From positions 160,001-224,000 of IMG/VR virus record IMGVR_UViG_3300021978_000001: a stretch of 64,000 nucleotides of DNA. One strand, given 5' to 3'. Under the pieces are notes generated by a model. The model was not told where the DNA came from and ran no database searches. It was given only the letters and a program-made list of their open reading frames with translations. A program made the translations under genes and the position numbers. Positions 1-9,509 of this stretch are shown piece after piece (the first letter of the stretch is position 1; each line of letters opens with the position of its first letter). The stretch is from a virus. Its lineage: Duplodnaviria > Caudoviricetes.

Positions 1-388
1 GTTCGAGGCCGTGTCTCTCGATCACCGCGACCGCGTGCTTTCCCTGATCGAAGATGTCGTAGATGGTGCGGTTGTGGAACCCGTAGAGGTTCCCATGATA
101 CTGCACATACTCGATATACTGACCCAGGGCCATGTCACCGCGCATCTTCGTTACATCAGTCTCGAAGTGATAATGCACACCATCAATCTCGCCTTCACGT
201 GGGGCGCGTGAGGTGGTCGAGACAGCAGGAAGCAGGCGATCATCTTCCGTCAACGCAGCCGCCAATGTCGTCTTACCTACTCCAGAAGGCCCAACAAGGG
301 CCACGATGAGGCGTTTGGGGGGAGTGCCACGTAGCACCCGCGTCTCTTGACCTGGCCTTCGAGGATTTAGCTTTTTCTCTTGCGTCAT
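1..388 (-). CDS. gmk: guanylate kinase (3' end runs off the window; absent from the ORF track)
   Basis: Manual translation from ATG at 388: LIVALVGPSGVGKTT (P-loop), STTSRAPREGEIDGVHYHF, IEYVQYHGNLYG. Confidence 0.9.
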   Translation of the reverse strand, partial: MTQEKKLNPRRPGQETRVLRGTPPKRLIVALVGPSGVGKTTLAAALTEDDRLLPAVSTTSRAPREGEIDGVHYHFETDVTKMRGDMALGQYIEYVQYHGNLYGFHNRTIYDIFDQGKHAVAVIERHGLE

Positions 389-488
389 AATTCACACGCT
401 CCGAGAGGCACCTTTGGGGAGGGTTCTCGGTGTGATCTTACGTCGAAGCGAAGAGAGCGTCAACCAGATGAGATGATCGCATGGCGAT

Positions 489-521
489 AAAAAAGCCCGC
501 AGATACGCCATCTGCGGGCTT
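489..521 (-). terminator. intrinsic terminator
   Basis: AAGCCCGCAGAT-N5-ATCTGCGGGCTT hairpin followed by a T-run on the minus strand. Confidence 0.8.
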
Positions 522-541
522 CAAGGCGTAAATAAAAGAAC

Positions 542-934
542 TCAGGGAATCCAGATCGCGCCGTCTACAAACATCACGAAAAGCGCTTCGTGGACAGGTT
601 GCTCGGTCTCTGCGTCGATAAAGAGCCCCTCGGTCTCGAACGCGTTGTAGCGCACGCGACGCTCACAAATCACGTCCTCCGGGAGCGCTTCGATCAGCTC
701 ACCATAGACCCTGGCATGAACATTACGGCGTTTCTGCGCTACCGCACGCTTCCACCCCTTCTGGCCCACGCGAAACTCTGCTCCCTTGAGATACACCTGG
801 GAAACGTGCGCCTTCACCAAGCCCTTGTGCGTCACAGAAAAGCACTTCTTGGTCAGGTGCCAGTGCACGCTAACACGCTCACCCACGAGAGCAGTCGTGT
901 GTGCTGCCTTGGGGATCTTTCTTCGAGTTGTCAT
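542..934 (-). CDS. conserved phage hypothetical protein
   Basis: VHWHLTKKCFSV...KRRNVHARVYG resembles a common phage family; start moved to MTTRRK to avoid the tRNA. Confidence 0.7.
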   Translation of the reverse strand: MTTRRKIPKAAHTTALVGERVSVHWHLTKKCFSVTHKGLVKAHVSQVYLKGAEFRVGQKGWKRAVAQKRRNVHARVYGELIEALPEDVICERRVRYNAFETEGLFIDAETEQPVHEALFVMFVDGAIWIP

Positions 935-947
935 GGTTACTCTTGTA

Positions 948-1030
948 TGCACGAGGAGGGGGTCGAACCCTCACGGCCTTTCGCCACCGGATTCTTAGTC
1001 CGGCCCGTCTACCAATTCCAGCACTCGCGC
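948..1030 (-). tRNA. tRNA-Leu(AAG)
   Basis: GCGCGAG/CTCGTGC acceptor, D-loop GG, anticodon arm CCGGA-CTAAGAA-TCCGG, long variable arm, GGTTCGA T-loop; no encoded CCA. Confidence 0.9.
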
Positions 1031-1075
1031 GTGCGGTAAGGATAGCAACCGTGAGGGCGCTCTTATTCCTGGGAT

Positions 1076-1513
1076 TTAGTTGAGCTGCGTGACGTCGAGC
1101 GTCTGGATGAGCCAGGACAACTGCTCGAACTGCTCCTCAGTAAGATCCGAATCCGACAGACCCATGCGCGCGCTCTTCACGAGGTTGCCCATCAGATGCT
1201 CGGGCGTGAGATTCATGTGCGACACGACCGTCTCGATGTTCTCAGGGACCTCCGCGCCCGCCTCCTCAAGATGTGACGAGAGCAGGTCCTTCATCATGGG
1301 GTTGGTGAGCAGGGTGGTCATCATCGAACGTGCCATGGATAACGAGTTCTCGAAGAACTGGCGCGGCTCCTTCCCAGAGGAAGCACAAGCCGCCCTCACC
1401 ATCTGCGCGAGCGAGGTCAACAACTCGACCTCGATCTTCCCTTCCTCTGCACCTTCCACCATCGCACCCGACTCTTGAAGAGCCCCCAACAGCGCGAACA
1501 TATTCGAGTCCAT
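1076..1513 (-). CDS. hypothetical helical protein
   Basis: 145-aa ORF with AGGAGG RBS and an upstream promoter. Confidence 0.7.
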   Translation of the reverse strand: MDSNMFALLGALQESGAMVEGAEEGKIEVELLTSLAQMVRAACASSGKEPRQFFENSLSMARSMMTTLLTNPMMKDLLSSHLEEAGAEVPENIETVVSHMNLTPEHLMGNLVKSARMGLSDSDLTEEQFEQLSWLIQTLDVTQLN

Positions 1514-1554
1514 GTTTTGCCTCCTTTATGGCGTTTGGACAAGTACCTCACCAG

Positions 1555-1583
1555 GGTTTACCGCAAAACAAGAGAGCTGTCAA
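1555..1583 (-). promoter_or_regulatory. sigma70-like promoter
   Basis: TTGACA-N17-TAAACC on the minus strand. Confidence 0.5.
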
Positions 1584-1606
1584 GAGTATATCGTCAAGCA
1601 CTCACG

Positions 1607-2023
1607 TCAGGCACTCACGTCAGGCGCGCGTCCCTGGTGCAGGTCAACCACCTCCTCAGAAGAGTGTTCGATATAATCATCGAACGAGAAGGTGTGATGA
1701 AAGCGGGTAACATCCGCGCCCCTACAGAAGCGCACCTCCTGATCGTAGGGATCGACCAGGATCAAAGCGTTGTTCAGATCCCCCGCGAGATCACCAGGGA
1801 AGACCCCGAGACCATAACCCGTCTCTGCCATGACGTCCTTCTTGATGAACTCGGAAAACAGCATGCGCGCGAGATAAGAAGGATCACGCCAACGCGCCTT
1901 CCTACTCAGGCATGCGTGAACAGTCGCCGCCATCTGATCACCATACCAATGGGTATACAACAGCACACCACTCACGTCCTCAGAACGATTCGTGCGCACC
2001 AACACCTGTCCACGATCTCCCAT
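1607..2023 (-). CDS. conserved phage hypothetical protein
   Basis: MGDRGQ...LYTHWYG...RWRDPSYLARMLF pattern; longer ORF-track start overlaps tRNA-Ser. Confidence 0.7.
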   Translation of the reverse strand: MGDRGQVLVRTNRSEDVSGVLLYTHWYGDQMAATVHACLSRKARWRDPSYLARMLFSEFIKKDVMAETGYGLGVFPGDLAGDLNNALILVDPYDQEVRFCRGADVTRFHHTFSFDDYIEHSSEEVVDLHQGRAPDVSA

Positions 2024-2108
2024 ACGAGACTCCTGATCACAACCCGGGGAGGGGTGCGCAGAAGCATAGCACAAGAGCTGTAGCAGGTAAAACAAATTGT
2101 GAATGGAA

Positions 2109-2197
2109 AGGAGGGTAGGGGGATCGAACCCCTGTATCACACTCAAGTGATGCCTCAGATTAGCAGTCTGGCCGTTTACCAACTCACGCAACCCTCC
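2109..2197 (-). tRNA. tRNA-Ser(GCT)
   Basis: GGAGGGT/ACCCTCC acceptor, anticodon loop CTGCTAA, long variable arm, GGTTCGAT T-loop. Confidence 0.9.
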
Positions 2198-2227
2198 GGG
2201 GAGAGAAGAACCCCCGAGGAGACGGCG

Positions 2228-2587
2228 CTATTCCAGGACAAGGCGAGAGAGGAGGTGATGCAACGTGAGCTGGAGATCACCACGCGGAATGTCAACCCAA
2301 CGGGGCTCCAAGCATCGCAAGACCCCCCGTTGCGTCAAGCAAAACTCAGTGAGGTCGTCGAGTTCATTGAAGTCGAGCGCCATGACCGTGTTGTAGAACC
2401 GGATCACTTCGGCTGCGATCTCCTTAGAAGACGTCCCCGGGAACGCGCGCTGAATCCTGCGTACCGGGCGCGTTACGATGAACCTGAACGCTCGATCTCG
2501 CGTATCCAACAGCAACACTCCCACATTGACTGCTTCGGCGCGCTCTGGGTCAGGCATGTACTGTACCAGGGAGTAATAGCCGCTCAT
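2228..2587 (-). CDS. DUF3037-like protein
   Basis: YYSLVQYMPDPERAEAVNVGVLL N-terminal signature. Confidence 0.7.
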   Translation of the reverse strand: MSGYYSLVQYMPDPERAEAVNVGVLLLDTRDRAFRFIVTRPVRRIQRAFPGTSSKEIAAEVIRFYNTVMALDFNELDDLTEFCLTQRGVLRCLEPRWVDIPRGDLQLTLHHLLSRLVLE

Positions 2588-2811
2588 GTGTCTTGCTCCT
2601 GATTCCTGGCAAACGTATCCAGGTTTGCCAGGCGCCACGCCGCACACAAGCACGCCACAATCATGAGCACTGCATACAAGCCAGAGAACTGCTCAAGCTG
2701 ACCCCACAAAGTTTTATCAGGGAGGCGCGCGGTCCATCCCAACACGAGCGTGATCCCCAAAGACAACACACCCGCCTCACGGAAGGTCACAACGATAGCA
2801 TCCCATGCCAT
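2584..2811 (-). CDS. small two-TM membrane protein
   Basis: Two hydrophobic segments; 4-nt stop/start overlap with the next gene. Confidence 0.6.
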   Translation of the reverse strand: MAWDAIVVTFREAGVLSLGITLVLGWTARLPDKTLWGQLEQFSGLYAVLMIVACLCAAWRLANLDTFARNQEQDT

Positions 2812-2884
2812 ATCCTACTCCTTGAAAAAGTCCTGTGGTTTGTCCACAGGATCTACCAAAGGTAGGGAATCACAAATGAATTAG

Positions 2885-2972
2885 AAGAGCAGGTGGGAGT
2901 CGAACCCACAGACCGCTTACACAGCGACCCACCGTTTTCGAGACGGTTTGCCTTGCCAATGACGACTGCTCC
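2885..2972 (-). tRNA. tRNA-Ser(CGA)
   Basis: Anticodon arm ACCGT-CTCGAAA-ACGGT, long variable arm, GGTTCGAC T-loop. Confidence 0.9.
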
Positions 2973-3012
2973 TGGCAGGGAACTCAACATCCCCTGTCAC
3001 GTGCGCATTCCC

Positions 3013-3585
3013 TCAGAGATTGCTGGGAGGTAGTACGAGCTTACGTCCGCCGATGTGTGCCTGGAGCTTTGCCCACAACACCCAGGCGAGACCGTCCACG
3101 CATGCCATGAGCATATCACACCACACCGAGCGTGCATAAGGCTCGAAGGGGCCGCCATCTCCCGGGGGCTCCTCCGAGGACATGCCCGTGACATCGACCG
3201 CATACAGGAACACCTTACCTTCGAGCACTTTCGAGACGCGGACGTAACCCAGAGGGATCATATCCTGGTCATCGACCTGGTACCCCGCCTCTTCGTACAG
3301 CTCACGCACCGCAGCCTTAAAGGGGCTCTCCCCTGCATCGACCATCCCTGTCAATGAGGAGAGCACGCGTTCGTGTGGGTCCAGGGACTCCGTGAGCCAT
3401 GGCGGGGTGATTTCCTCACGCAAGAGCACACGAATCGTCCCATCACCCTGGCGCTGAAACGGCAAGACCGCGATCGACGCGCCCGACCCATCAAGGACCG
3501 AGGTGTATTTGGCTTCCTCGCCTCCAGGCAAGGTCACATCGAGTTCGCGCACATGCAGCCATCTGTTCTTGAAAAGCGTCTTCAT
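3013..3585 (-). CDS. NUDIX hydrolase (ADP-ribose pyrophosphatase-like)
   Basis: Nudix box GMVDAGESPFKAAVRELYEEAG. Confidence 0.9.
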   Translation of the reverse strand: MKTLFKNRWLHVRELDVTLPGGEEAKYTSVLDGSGASIAVLPFQRQGDGTIRVLLREEITPPWLTESLDPHERVLSSLTGMVDAGESPFKAAVRELYEEAGYQVDDQDMIPLGYVRVSKVLEGKVFLYAVDVTGMSSEEPPGDGGPFEPYARSVWCDMLMACVDGLAWVLWAKLQAHIGGRKLVLPPSNL

Positions 3586-4577
3586 TCCTTCCTCTTGTTT
3601 GCATACTGCCCCCAGGTAAACGTGACCGTAGCCTCCACTGCGTGGTGGTCACTCAAATAAGGGACACCTGTTACCGGCTCAGAGTAAGACAAATGACGAA
3701 CTGCGTCAAGCTGCCAGGAAGGTAAGGAGCGCACAAAGATGTAATCCAGGCGTTCCGCGAGATACAAGGTTGTGTTGGGGGAGTGCTCGCACCAGATCGT
3801 CGTGTCGCAGTTTAGAGTGTTGCGAGGATCAGAAGAACGCAGACCCGCGTCCCAATACCCAGGCAAAACACGCGCGAGGGTTCGGTACTCGCGTGCATCG
3901 AGACGCATCCCATCCACGTTGGTATCTCCACCAAAGATCACGGGCGCCTGTGGAGGAAAAGAAGTCAGCAACCCTTCGAGCTGTTCGAGCTGGCGCGCGC
4001 GTGCCCGCTCGTTAGCCGCGCCCCGACCTGAGTCCATATGCGTGTTCACGACCCACACGAAGCCCTGGGGCGTGTTGAGCTTGAGCCACAGCAACCCCTT
4101 GTTCGCGAGGCAGTCCACGCGCGCGCACGCATCAAACTCGATCACCCCCCAATCGACGATGGGGTGACGACTGAACACAGAAAGACCTCCGTTGATCCGC
4201 CAGGAGGTTCTGGGAGGCATACTGACGCGCTGGTAAGGGTGCGTATGGCGTAGCCCCTCTCCGAGCTGTGCGGCAATCGTGGGATCGAAAGTCTCCGAGA
4301 GCATCACCACATCCACGCCACGCCGCTGCACCTGTTCTACTAGCACACGCGCTCGCGCGCTTGCATGAGAGCCCCAGTGCGCGGGCGCGGGAAGAAAGAA
4401 GCTATTGAGCACGAACACTTTGAGCTTGCGTCGCTCGAAGGGCTCCACAGCAAAACGCCCCGGCTCACCAAAAGAAAGCCGGGGCGCGCTGTGACTGTGC
4501 AACCACATTTGCCATGTCCCTACGAGGACGACGCAGAGGCAGAGCAGGAAAAGCAGGAAAGCGAGAGCACGTTTCAT
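3582..4577 (-). CDS. membrane-anchored EEP-family phosphodiesterase, sphingomyelinase C-like
   Basis: N-terminal TM; DVVMLSETF, NGGLSVFSRHPI, CLANKG, NTHMDS, GGDTN, RLDYIF, SDHHAV motifs. Confidence 0.8.
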   Translation of the reverse strand: MKRALAFLLFLLCLCVVLVGTWQMWLHSHSAPRLSFGEPGRFAVEPFERRKLKVFVLNSFFLPAPAHWGSHASARARVLVEQVQRRGVDVVMLSETFDPTIAAQLGEGLRHTHPYQRVSMPPRTSWRINGGLSVFSRHPIVDWGVIEFDACARVDCLANKGLLWLKLNTPQGFVWVVNTHMDSGRGAANERARARQLEQLEGLLTSFPPQAPVIFGGDTNVDGMRLDAREYRTLARVLPGYWDAGLRSSDPRNTLNCDTTIWCEHSPNTTLYLAERLDYIFVRSLPSWQLDAVRHLSYSEPVTGVPYLSDHHAVEATVTFTWGQYANKRKE

Positions 4578-4634
4578 GATGATGTGGGGGCAAGAGGTGG
4601 ACAAACTCTCCAACGCACCCACGCCACAAACACA

Positions 4635-5759
4635 TTACAGGGTGAGCATCATACCTTTTCGCCCCGTGATGCTCAACGCATACACACGATAACCTGCCAC
4701 GGAGTCTGTGGTCAGGTCGAAGCATTCACTCGCAAACTTGACCTCTTCTCTGTAATAGTTCTTCTCGGTGAACGTCCTGTAAGTGAAACAGGATGCACCT
4801 TCCTCGGGGGTTTCGATCCCCATCATGTACAGGGTAAGACCCCCCGTGGTGTTTAGCAACCACCACTTCCCCGCATACGCTACCAGGTAGTGCCTCTGCT
4901 CGGGAGTACCATCGACCTTCCACCGAAGCCATTCCTCTCTCGGGATCAAATCCCAATGCAAGACCAGATCTTGTAGAGGCTGCTTATCGAGCATGAAACG
5001 CTGGATAGTGCGCATACTGCGCTCTTCACGATAAGTGTGGTAGGGTGCCTCATTTACGAGGGCCAGCGCCTCCTCATCCGTGAGTAGGGGGTCCGCTTCC
5101 TCGATGCGTCCGCTCACATGAAGCGACGACGACACAGAGTAGATCACGCGGTCACCCCCGCGTTCTTTAGAGACCACATAACGGCGCTTGTCCCAGCAGA
5201 CAGACCAATCCAGGTCATCCTCGTTCACGCGTTTGAAGCGATGCTTTGCTGTTGTCTCGCGCACATAAAACCCCCCGTAGTACGTGACCTCGGAGCCGTC
5301 TTTCAACTGGACGAGATCCCCCCGGTTCAATTCACGCAAGCCTACACGAGTCAAGCGACGTTCCGTGGCCTTGAGCGCGCGCTTATACAGGTCAGACCCC
5401 TCGACCGCCAGGTAGTTGTTGCCATCACCGCCACGAAGCCAGATACACCGCTCCTGGATCATACCCTGGACCACGGTGCAGTGGGTAAGGATGTGATTGA
5501 CCACAGAAGGGTCAACACTTTGCCAGAATCCTCGGGGGTCCTTGACCGAAGCAGCGCGCAACTCGAACCCTGAGACCAACTCGTTATCCAAGATGAACGC
5601 CTCGTCCTGGTTTGCCCACCGATCAGCGGTCGCCTTCGTGCTGGCGAAGTTGGGGACCTCCTTGTGCTCGCCCTCCTGGTAGGGGACGGCATAACCCCAA
5701 CACCCCGCCGAATTATGTTCCTTGAACTTCACGTAATACGTTTTGGGTATGTAATGCAT
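4635..5759 (-). CDS. hypothetical protein, paralog of 5762..6979
   Basis: Shares IPKTYYVxF, DPRGF, QERCxW, ERRLTRVxLRELNRGD, LHVSGRIEEADP with its neighbour. Confidence 0.75.
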   Translation of the reverse strand: MHYIPKTYYVKFKEHNSAGCWGYAVPYQEGEHKEVPNFASTKATADRWANQDEAFILDNELVSGFELRAASVKDPRGFWQSVDPSVVNHILTHCTVVQGMIQERCIWLRGGDGNNYLAVEGSDLYKRALKATERRLTRVGLRELNRGDLVQLKDGSEVTYYGGFYVRETTAKHRFKRVNEDDLDWSVCWDKRRYVVSKERGGDRVIYSVSSSLHVSGRIEEADPLLTDEEALALVNEAPYHTYREERSMRTIQRFMLDKQPLQDLVLHWDLIPREEWLRWKVDGTPEQRHYLVAYAGKWWLLNTTGGLTLYMMGIETPEEGASCFTYRTFTEKNYYREEVKFASECFDLTTDSVAGYRVYALSITGRKGMMLTL

Positions 5760-5761
5760 GT

Positions 5762-6979
5762 TCACCTGTAGTTAGAAGCGACGCGCAACATGGCGCCCTT
5801 GCGTCCCTTGAAACGTACTCGATAGAACGTCAGTTTTCCAGGGTCCTGCACGACTTGACGCCATGAAATGTCGCGCGTGGACAGCTCCATACGAGGAGAG
5901 TAGCCCCAACGGTAACCCCCCGCCCGTTCTACCAGGGTGCGGACATACTTGAAGCTGCTATGAGGCGTGGTCCTGGGGTCCTCGATCCGAACACAATGCG
6001 CGCTCATGTCTTCCCAATCACGCTCACGAAGCGTCAAGACCCACCACTTTTGTTGGCCACGATCATGCATCACCCACAGATCGGGCGCCTCGGGCAAGTC
6101 CGAAAAATCTCCAAACTCTTCTGCGAGATCGAGAGGTTCGAGGACCTTTTCGAGTTGATCCCAGGTGTTCTTGACCAGAGTATACACATCGCGACCTTTG
6201 GGGTCCCAGGCATACCTCTCCGCAGGGAGCGCGAGCACTTCTCGGACCGCTGCGAGCGCTTCCTCGTCAGTGAGCGCGGGATCGGCCTCTTCGATACGTC
6301 CGCTCACATGCAGGGTCGAAATCTCACTCACACGACGCTCTGGAGGTACGTTCCCGTCTGCATCGAGGACGACCTCATACACGTAGCGACGCTTGGCCCA
6401 TTCGTAAGCATGAAGATCGTTGTTATCCGAAGGCGTGGTCGAATCAAAACGGTAGAAGCCCCCATAGTAGATAACCTCTGCACCCTCCTTGAGAAGCACT
6501 CTGTCGCCCCTGTTCAGCTCTCGCAGGCTCACGCGGGTCAGACGTCGCTCCGTGTAAGAGAGCGCCTCCTCGTACTCAGGAGAGCCTTCTGAGATGAGGT
6601 AGTTCTGACCATCATCCCCACGCGCCCATAAACAACGCTCCTGAATCACACCCTTGTCGATGCAGCACTGAGCCAAAAGTGTGGCGAGGTTGTGACTGGG
6701 CACCTCCAGCTCGAACCCTCGCGGGTCCGTGATGCGCCACACTTTGTTGGAGGTTCGCCACCGGGAGATCACATCTCCAATGCTGTAGCCAGACGCGAGT
6801 TCATTATCGAGAATGAAACCCTCCTCAGACGTGCTCCAATGCTCCAACGTGCTGCGTGTGGTCTGGAAGTTCTTGGCTTCCTTGTGCTCGCTATCCTGGT
6901 AGGGGATCGCAAACCCCAGGACAGTATCACCGCGCTCCTGGAACCTCACATAATAAGTTTTCGGGATATGCAACTTCAT
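5762..6979 (-). CDS. hypothetical protein, paralog of 4635..5759
   Basis: Same shared blocks; contains WRITDPRGFELE. Confidence 0.75.
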   Translation of the reverse strand: MKLHIPKTYYVRFQERGDTVLGFAIPYQDSEHKEAKNFQTTRSTLEHWSTSEEGFILDNELASGYSIGDVISRWRTSNKVWRITDPRGFELEVPSHNLATLLAQCCIDKGVIQERCLWARGDDGQNYLISEGSPEYEEALSYTERRLTRVSLRELNRGDRVLLKEGAEVIYYGGFYRFDSTTPSDNNDLHAYEWAKRRYVYEVVLDADGNVPPERRVSEISTLHVSGRIEEADPALTDEEALAAVREVLALPAERYAWDPKGRDVYTLVKNTWDQLEKVLEPLDLAEEFGDFSDLPEAPDLWVMHDRGQQKWWVLTLRERDWEDMSAHCVRIEDPRTTPHSSFKYVRTLVERAGGYRWGYSPRMELSTRDISWRQVVQDPGKLTFYRVRFKGRKGAMLRVASNYR

Positions 6980-7009
6980 GACAGTACCTCTTATACTCGT
7001 GGCTCAGGC

Positions 7010-7921
7010 TCAAACTTCAAACAGTTCGTTGCCCTGACGCTTCTTGTTATCCTTGACGATTTGAGCGAAGCGAATAGCCTGCAAGGGGTACAAGATCTCC
7101 TCTCCTGATTCGATCGCCTCCTCGTACCACGCTCGATGCATATCGACCGCTCGATCGACGTCACCCCCATCCACCAACGCATGCATCTCTTGCATGTGCT
7201 CCTCGACCTCGCGCCAACACTCCGACCAGATGTTGAACCACTGAACGTTCTGCTCCGCGTAGTATTTGATTTGCAAACCACACAGGTCGAAGGGAGAAGG
7301 CGCCTTCATGGTCTGGACACGATTCGCGAGCAAGAAAAGGAAGACCTGATCGCGGCGCTGGATATGCCGAGTATCACGTCCCAAGTTGAACGAGGTATCA
7401 TGCATCTGAATATCAGGACGTTCGAGCAGCGTCATGATCTCATAATTCGGCACGGTCGTTCCGTCCTCTTGACGGCGCAGGTACCGATCGACCCAGATGT
7501 CAAAGGGGAAGGACTGCGTGCGCAGTTCAGGGAACACGAAGTACACGAAAGATTCCGAGTGTAGAGAGGCGAGCGTCTCGTTCTCCGTCATCTTGCGGAA
7601 CCAGGTCGCAGACGACACCTTCGCATCATACTTCATCGTGGCGGCATGCCAGAACTCGTGCAGATAATACAGATCGTGGATGACGGGGTTATCGTAGCTC
7701 TCCTCTCGGAGCGCGATACCGCCCATCCATGTCGTGAAGTGGCTCCACTCGACCTCGGGTGCGCTCATCTCGAACACAGCCAGGGGATACTTGGCGAGCT
7801 TCTGGATCAGGTGGTAGATATACCCCTTCTTGCTCTGTGAATCCCGGAACGTCTCCGTCTTCCATAACCCCAACACCCATTCCTCGACCTCGGAGGGCGC
7901 GAGCACCTTTACGTTTTGCAT
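7010..7921 (-). CDS. hypothetical protein with HExxH motif
   Basis: LYYLHEFWHAA; 303-aa ORF. Confidence 0.65.
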   Translation of the reverse strand: MQNVKVLAPSEVEEWVLGLWKTETFRDSQSKKGYIYHLIQKLAKYPLAVFEMSAPEVEWSHFTTWMGGIALREESYDNPVIHDLYYLHEFWHAATMKYDAKVSSATWFRKMTENETLASLHSESFVYFVFPELRTQSFPFDIWVDRYLRRQEDGTTVPNYEIMTLLERPDIQMHDTSFNLGRDTRHIQRRDQVFLFLLANRVQTMKAPSPFDLCGLQIKYYAEQNVQWFNIWSECWREVEEHMQEMHALVDGGDVDRAVDMHRAWYEEAIESGEEILYPLQAIRFAQIVKDNKKRQGNELFEV

Positions 7922-7956
7922 GAACTACCTCTACTCTCTTGACTCATACCGTGGAA

Positions 7957-7985
7957 TCTATACCATAAACTACAGGAAGCGTCAA
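7957..7985 (-). promoter_or_regulatory. sigma70-like promoter
   Basis: TTGACG-N17-TATAGA on the minus strand. Confidence 0.6.
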
Positions 7986-7990
7986 GCTCT

Positions 7991-8197
7991 TTAGTCTTTA
8001 CTCGACGCGACGATCGTCCCCGTCACCTCGACCACCACAGGAACTCCCTTGTACTGCTCAGGGAACATATCGAGAAGAGCAGCACTCTCCACGTAAACCC
8101 GCAGGGTATCCTCCCCGAGCCCAAAACCGACCACACCAGGTTGCTGTAAGTCTACCTTGGCTTGTTTCTTGACGGCGCGTAATTCGTCTCGTGTCAT
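7991..8197 (-). CDS. small hypothetical protein
   Basis: 68-aa ORF with GAGG RBS; GVVGFGLG...LRVYV...GVPVVVEVTG. Confidence 0.65.
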   Translation of the reverse strand: MTRDELRAVKKQAKVDLQQPGVVGFGLGEDTLRVYVESAALLDMFPEQYKGVPVVVEVTGTIVASSKD

Positions 8198-8221
8198 GTG
8201 TAGTACCTCTCAGTCCTGTTC

Positions 8222-8440
8222 TCAGTCCAGCGAAAACGGCCAGGGGTGATAATTCGCCATCCAGTCCGCATACGCTGCGTTCGTTTCCTCTTCCCTGGCC
8301 TGCGTGTAACGCGTAGCCTCCAGATCACGGTCTGTGATCGTATCGGGCACCTCGCCCTCACCCTCACATGTCGCGCAGGGGTCTTCGATCGTAACCAGAA
8401 GCAAGATGTGTCCTTTCCCTTTGCAATCAGGGCATATCAT
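8222..8440 (-). CDS. DnaJ-type zinc-finger small protein
   Basis: CPDCKGKG and CATCEGEG. Confidence 0.75.
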   Translation of the reverse strand: MICPDCKGKGHILLLVTIEDPCATCEGEGEVPDTITDRDLEATRYTQAREEETNAAYADWMANYHPWPFSLD

Positions 8441-9509
8441 AGAGTCCTCGTTTCCGAGCCTCCTCATCCATAAGCTGTGTCAAGCAGTAACGCGCGATCC
8501 CTTTCGTGCGTTGGTAAGACGAGCAGTACACCGGGTTCCGGGCATGGGGAAGTTGGTTCGCGAGCAAGAATACATCTGCACAATGGAAAGACAGATTATT
8601 CGGTATACCCTGGTGCAGCGTGGACGTCACTGTTTGTTGCAACTCACGATAGCGATCCGGCAACTCGAATACGCCATGAGCGGACATGAGCTGCTGACCC
8701 AGATACAACGAACGCAAGTTCTTGAACCACCGATTGCCCCAGAGACCTGGCATCGGACGCGAGGAGAACACCCCACCAATGCGGTGGTAGTACACCCCGA
8801 ACACCTTGGAGAGCGAGAAAAAGATCATGTCCACGTCTTCTGGGACCGTGCGCGCCGCGAGGAAAGGCAGGGTTCCCGAAGACACGCAACCTACATAACA
8901 CAGATCCAAGCGAAGACGCATCGGGTGACGAGACAGGTAGGCGACGAAATCATCGAACTCACCCCACCACTCTCCATCAATGCTCGACGGTTGTGACAGG
9001 TAGAACACATGCCCAGCTCCGAGGTCCCCTTCATAGGGCTTGAGAGACTCTCGCCACTGTGCGCGATCATGTTTGATCACACGCAAGCCCATGGGACGCC
9101 CCAACGCCTCGTAGCCCTCATACTCGCCCTCGAAGATGTGGATGGTAGGAGGACCCACCGTCAAGCTGTAGGATGAGATCTGAGCCAGCTCGTGCAAGGA
9201 CTCACGGATCGCTTCGCTCGATCCTGCGGTGGGATAGAAGTGCCAGGGGGTCGTGGGTACCGTCAAGTCACATTCGAGCAAGGACATGGGCAAGTTGATC
9301 GCGGGTGAAACCCACTCACGCCATTGTTCAGCAAAGGCGTAGTGCACCGGGTCCTGTCTTTTGGTCCAGGCGGCGCGCTCCAACTCCCGCATGGCGGTTT
9401 GGTGCTCGGGACTTGTCGCAAGCTCAGTCAAGAGCCTCTCGGTCTCGGGCATCACCCAGGAGTACACGGTGGTCGAGGTTTTGGAAATGGGCGGGGTGGT
9501 CTCTGACAT
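8427..9509 (-). CDS. PLP-dependent aminotransferase-like protein
   Basis: TAGSSEAI, DLCY, FSLSKVFGVYYHRIG (PLP lysine motif). Confidence 0.75.
   Translation of the reverse strand: MSETTPPISKTSTTVYSWVMPETERLLTELATSPEHQTAMRELERAAWTKRQDPVHYAFAEQWREWVSPAINLPMSLLECDLTVPTTPWHFYPTAGSSEAIRESLHELAQISSYSLTVGPPTIHIFEGEYEGYEALGRPMGLRVIKHDRAQWRESLKPYEGDLGAGHVFYLSQPSSIDGEWWGEFDDFVAYLSRHPMRLRLDLCYVGCVSSGTLPFLAARTVPEDVDMIFFSLSKVFGVYYHRIGGVFSSRPMPGLWGNRWFKNLRSLYLGQQLMSAHGVFELPDRYRELQQTVTSTLHQGIPNNLSFHCADVFLLANQLPHARNPVYCSSYQRTKGIARYCLTQLMDEEARKRGLYDMP

Noticed and set aside
1607-2191. ORF-track N-terminal extensions over tRNA genes (also 542..952)
   Set aside because: They overlap well-formed tRNAs; the downstream starts fit the protein patterns.
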